Of a DNA stretch of 64,000 nt, positions 59,160 to 64,000 are shown in pieces; position 1 is the stretch's first letter, and each line of letters opens with the position of its first letter. Origin of the DNA: an uncultured Verrucomicrobiae bacterium (lineage in GTDB: Bacteria > Verrucomicrobiota > Verrucomicrobiia > Opitutales > JABDGR01). A model generated the notes under the pieces. The model saw only the letters and a program-made list of their open reading frames with translations, was not told where the DNA came from and ran no database searches. Where the stretch lies: positions 128,001 to 192,000 of the forward strand of contig CAVXVB010000004.1 of the NCBI GenBank assembly GCA_963765205.1. Reading direction: 5' to 3'. The position numbers were made by a program, and so were the translations under genes.

Positions 59160-60215
59160 CTACGGCGACGGCGTTGCGTCTCCATTCACCGGCGGCGGGC
59201 TGAGGAGCCTTTGCGCCAGGGCGATTTTTTTGTCGTCGTTGCTTTTCATCACGTAGGCCAGGAGCTTCGCTTTGATCGCTGCGGAAATATTTGGCAAATA
59301 GGCATACTTATATCCGGTTAGCCATCGCGCCGCACCTTCCATCTGCGCATCGGTCAGCGGACCCTGCAATGCCGCCGCCACATCCTCGGCGGAATAATCC
59401 AGCAGCAAATTTACCGCCTGCACTTCATAACCGCCAAACGCGTTCCACGCGCCCCCGCCCGCCCCATAATACCCCAGCAGCGCCCGTATTCTCGACGACG
59501 TATCGGGAATCTCGGCGGCCAATGCGGCGCGCGCTGCGGGCACTCCCGGCCAGTTATAGTTATTCTTCACCCACAGGTCGCCGAGCGACTTCGGCATTTG
59601 CGCCTCAAACTTCGCTTTGATGTCCGAGGCCTGTTTATCCTGGGCCTCAATTTGCGCCTCACTCGGTCCCGATATCGGCACTTTCGCCGCGCTCAACAAA
59701 TCATTCAACACCTTCGGCGCGCCCACTGCGTTCATCGCGGCGATCTGCTGGTCATCTTCATAGATGTTGAGCCGGGAGCATTCATAGCAGAGCACAAAAT
59801 CATAGGTGTGCCCGTTCACCGCCACCCGCAGCCCGTGCCGCGGATTAAAACACAGGGCGACGCCCTCCATTTTTTCGCCTGCGACCGCCGCCGCTTGAAA
59901 CGCCCCCACCACGGCGGGCAATTGCTTCGCGTCGAGATCCACCTTTCCGAGGATCTGAAAATTGTGGAAGGCATCCGCCGCGGTGATCGGTCCATCGCTT
60001 TGCGACCTAAACATGGCTGGATTCAGCGAATACAGTGTGCCCGTGGTCGCCGCGGCCAACACCGCGGTAACACTTGCCGGAAACGGGCTGGGTGCTGCGG
60101 TCGCGGGGCTCGCTCCGGTCGCAGCCGCGGGCGGCGCAGTAACATCCGCCGCCCCCACGGGCAGCGCGAGCAAAAGGGAAATCACCCAAACATTCAGGAG
60201 GGGCATCGTTTTCAT
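59160..60215 (-). CDS. Hypothetical secreted protein
   Basis: Signal peptide, Ala/Pro linker, CFNPRHG...VLCYEC motif. Confidence 0.75.
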   Translation of the reverse strand: MKTMPLLNVWVISLLLALPVGAADVTAPPAAATGASPATAAPSPFPASVTAVLAAATTGTLYSLNPAMFRSQSDGPITAADAFHNFQILGKVDLDAKQLPAVVGAFQAAAVAGEKMEGVALCFNPRHGLRVAVNGHTYDFVLCYECSRLNIYEDDQQIAAMNAVGAPKVLNDLLSAAKVPISGPSEAQIEAQDKQASDIKAKFEAQMPKSLGDLWVKNNYNWPGVPAARAALAAEIPDTSSRIRALLGYYGAGGGAWNAFGGYEVQAVNLLLDYSAEDVAAALQGPLTDAQMEGAARWLTGYKYAYLPNISAAIKAKLLAYVMKSNDDKKIALAQRLLSPPPVNGDATPSP

Positions 60216-60282
60216 GGGGGGTAATAAGGAGGCCAACTGGCGCCTTTACGGTAATGATGACGCACAACCCATGCGTTTATTA

Positions 60283-60423
60283 GAACCTATCTCAAATTCG
60301 ACGAACAAGCAAAAATCTACCCATTTTCTACCAACCTCGGATAACGCGCTAGAGGGAAGCCGCTTTCCAGGATCCATAAAAATGGGTCAAATTTCTGCAT
60401 ATAATCGAATTTGAGATAGGTTC
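60283..60423. mobile_element. 141-bp MITE-like element
   Basis: Perfect inverted repeat TAGAACCTATCTCAAATTCGA (60281-60301) / TCGAATTTGAGATAGGTTCTA (60405-60425) including terminal TA; AT-rich non-coding interior. Confidence 0.8.
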
Positions 60424-60536
60424 TAGCTATTTGTTTAACCCTGTTTTCCGCTCGTCGTTTCATCCTTCGTCCTCATCTTTGCTAAATCCTCTCGTCCCAC
60501 CCTCTCTCTACTCCCCTCCACACCTTTACTTCTGAC

Positions 60537-60568
60537 TTCATAATTCATCATTCATCATTCATCATTCG
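60537..60568. repeat. Heptamer tandem repeat (TTCATCA)x4
   Basis: TTCATAA TTCATCA TTCATCA TTCATCA TTC just upstream of nadC. Confidence 0.75.
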
Positions 60569-60574
60569 CCCCCA

Positions 60575-61480
60575 ATGCCTTTCGCCAGCCGCCTCACCTG
60601 GGCCGAACTCGACCCCGCCTACCTGCGCCAGCTCATCACCCTCGCGCGCGAAGAAGACCTCGCCGGCGCGGGCCTCGCCCGCGCCGTCACGCCCGGCGAT
60701 GTCACCACCGCCGCCCTGGTCGGCAATGCGCCCGCCTGCGCCGACTTCACCGCGCGCCAGCCCCTCACTGTCTGCGGGCTGCCGCTGCTCCCGCTCATCT
60801 TCGAAGGCTTCGGCCCCGGTTGCGTCGTTAAAAACGCGCCTGGCGTGCGCGACGGCCATGTTGCGGCGAAGGACGCAGTGCTCGCAACCGTGACTGGCCC
60901 CGCCGCCACGCTGCTGCAAGCCGAGCGCACGGCCCTCAACTTTTTCCAAAAACTCTCCGGTGTCGCCACGCAAACTGCGCGCCACGTTGCCGCCCTCGGC
61001 ACGAGCGCGACCAAGCTGCTCGACACGCGCAAGACCACGCCCGGCTTCCGCATGTTGGAAAAATACGCCGTCGCCACCGGTGGCGGCTGGAACCACCGGC
61101 TCGGCCTCTTCGACCGCGTGCTCATTAAGGACAACCACCTCGCCGCCGCCCACGCCACCGCTGGCGAGCGCCTCGCCGCCGCCGTCCGCCAGGCCCGCGT
61201 GCGCCACCCGAAACTCCTCATCGAATGCGAAGTGGACGCCCTCGCGCAAATCCCCCCCGTGCTCGAAGCCGGCGCGCACGTCGTGCTGCTCGACAACTTC
61301 GCGCCCGCCGATCTCGTCAAAGCCCTTGCCCTCATCGGCCGCCGCGCCGGCACCGAGGCGAGCGGCGGTGTGACCCTCGAATCCCTCCCCGAACTCGGCC
61401 GCCTCGGCCTCGATTTCATCTCCTGCGGCGCGCTCGTTCATCACGCGCCCTGGGCGGATATCGGGCTGGATTGGCGGTGA
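60575..61480 (+). CDS. nadC: Nicotinate-nucleotide pyrophosphorylase (carboxylating)
   Basis: GDVTT, AERTALNF..LSGVAT, LLDTRKTTPG, NHRLGL..LIKDNH, LLDNF, EASGG. Confidence 0.95.
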   Translation: MPFASRLTWAELDPAYLRQLITLAREEDLAGAGLARAVTPGDVTTAALVGNAPACADFTARQPLTVCGLPLLPLIFEGFGPGCVVKNAPGVRDGHVAAKDAVLATVTGPAATLLQAERTALNFFQKLSGVATQTARHVAALGTSATKLLDTRKTTPGFRMLEKYAVATGGGWNHRLGLFDRVLIKDNHLAAAHATAGERLAAAVRQARVRHPKLLIECEVDALAQIPPVLEAGAHVVLLDNFAPADLVKALALIGRRAGTEASGGVTLESLPELGRLGLDFISCGALVHHAPWADIGLDWR

Positions 61481-61490
61481 GAGCGTCCAC

Positions 61491-62522
61491 TCAACTTGTC
61501 GGAAACGGGTTCCGTTCCGCGAACTGGGCCTGGTGCCAGTAGGGGTAGATGCGCTGTTTCGCGCTCGCGGCTTCGAGCGTGGCCATTTGCGCCGGGGTCA
61601 ATTTCCAGTCCGCCGCGGCGAGGTTTTGGCGCAACTGCTCTTCGGTGCGCGCGCCGATGATGACCGTGGCGACCGTGGGCCGCTGCAAAACCCAGTTGAT
61701 CGCGATTTGCGCCACGCTTTTGCCCGTTTCTTTCGCAACGGCGTCAAGCGCGTCCACCACGCCATAGACAAATTCATCTTCCGCCGGCGGCGCGATGCGC
61801 ACGGTCGTGGCGTCGTGCAAACGGCTGATTTTCGGCAGCGCCTGCCCGCGCCGCACCTTGCCGCCCAGCCGCCCGAAGCCGAGCGGACTCCACACCACCG
61901 CGCCGACGCCCTGGTCCAGCCCGAGGGGCAGCAACTCCCATTCGTATTCGCGCCCAATCAGCGAATAATATGCCTGGTGCGCGACGTAACGCGCCCACCC
62001 ATGCCGTTCCGAGGCCGCGAGCGACTTCATCAAGTGCCAGCCGGAAAAGTTCGAGCAGCCGATGTAGCGGATTTTCCCCGCGCGCACCAAATCGTCCAGC
62101 GCGCGGAGCACCTCCTCGACGGGCGTCAGCGCGTCAAAGCCGTGCAGTTGAAACAAGTCAATGTAGTCCGTGCCCAGACGGCGCAGCGCGGTGTCGCAGG
62201 CCTCGATCAGGTGGCTGCGGGACGAACCCACGTCGTTCGGGCCGCTCCCGCTGCGGAAGGTTGCCTTCGTGGAAATGATCACGCGATTGCGCCGGCCCTT
62301 GATGGCCCCGCCGAGCACCTCCTCCGCCGCGCCCGCGGAATAAATGTCCGCCGAATCGAACATGTTCACGCCCGCCTCGAGGCACAAATCCACAAACCGC
62401 GTGGCCTCCGGAATATCGGTGGTGCCCCATTGGTCGAACACCACTCCGCCGCCGAACGTCGCGGTGCCCAGGCACAACGACGGCACTTTTAATCCTGATT
62501 TTCCTAGTTGGCGGTATTCCAT
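61491..62522 (-). CDS. Aldo/keto reductase
   Basis: LGKSGLKV..LCLGT, FDSADIYS, ISTK, LGTDYIDLFQLH, GKIRYIGCSNF, WSPL. Confidence 0.93.
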   Translation of the reverse strand: MEYRQLGKSGLKVPSLCLGTATFGGGVVFDQWGTTDIPEATRFVDLCLEAGVNMFDSADIYSAGAAEEVLGGAIKGRRNRVIISTKATFRSGSGPNDVGSSRSHLIEACDTALRRLGTDYIDLFQLHGFDALTPVEEVLRALDDLVRAGKIRYIGCSNFSGWHLMKSLAASERHGWARYVAHQAYYSLIGREYEWELLPLGLDQGVGAVVWSPLGFGRLGGKVRRGQALPKISRLHDATTVRIAPPAEDEFVYGVVDALDAVAKETGKSVAQIAINWVLQRPTVATVIIGARTEEQLRQNLAAADWKLTPAQMATLEAASAKQRIYPYWHQAQFAERNPFPTS

Positions 62523-62560
62523 GGAGATAGGGAGTTAGGGTGAACTGGTTGGGCGCAACC

Positions 62561-64000
<1,440 letters not shown>

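Overview
High-GC bacterial chromosomal segment, most likely from Verrucomicrobiota (Opitutales-like). This is inferred from lineage-typical families: DUF5069, TIGR03790, planctomycete-type cytochrome c, an extended membrane-anchored ECF sigma and a fused GcvP. Most of the window is housekeeping: rnr, serA, plsY, hom, proA, AddAB-like helicase/nuclease, M16 peptidase, mcsA-mcsB-clpC, miaB, gmk, gcvP, nth, rnc, parA, nadC and gnd. No rRNA, tRNA or CRISPR array was seen. Stand-out observations: (1) one ORF fuses an ECF sigma factor, a hydrophobic segment and a complete serpin domain, a candidate protease-sensing one-component regulator; (2) an ATPase-less ClpC paralog with three Clp N-domains plus the M-domain coil sits inside the mcsA-mcsB-clpC operon, which has a sigma54-type promoter motif; (3) a VapBC45-like toxin-antitoxin locus is disrupted by two IS5-family elements; (4) there are two MITE-like elements, one sharing its end with a resident IS; (5) a GIY-YIG nuclease gene is split by a single in-frame TGA; (6) several families of short-period intergenic palindromic repeats are present. 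About seven single-base frameshifts, one of them in miaB, suggest residual long-read indel errors, so pseudogene calls are provisional. All family assignments come from motif recognition by eye; no database search was run.
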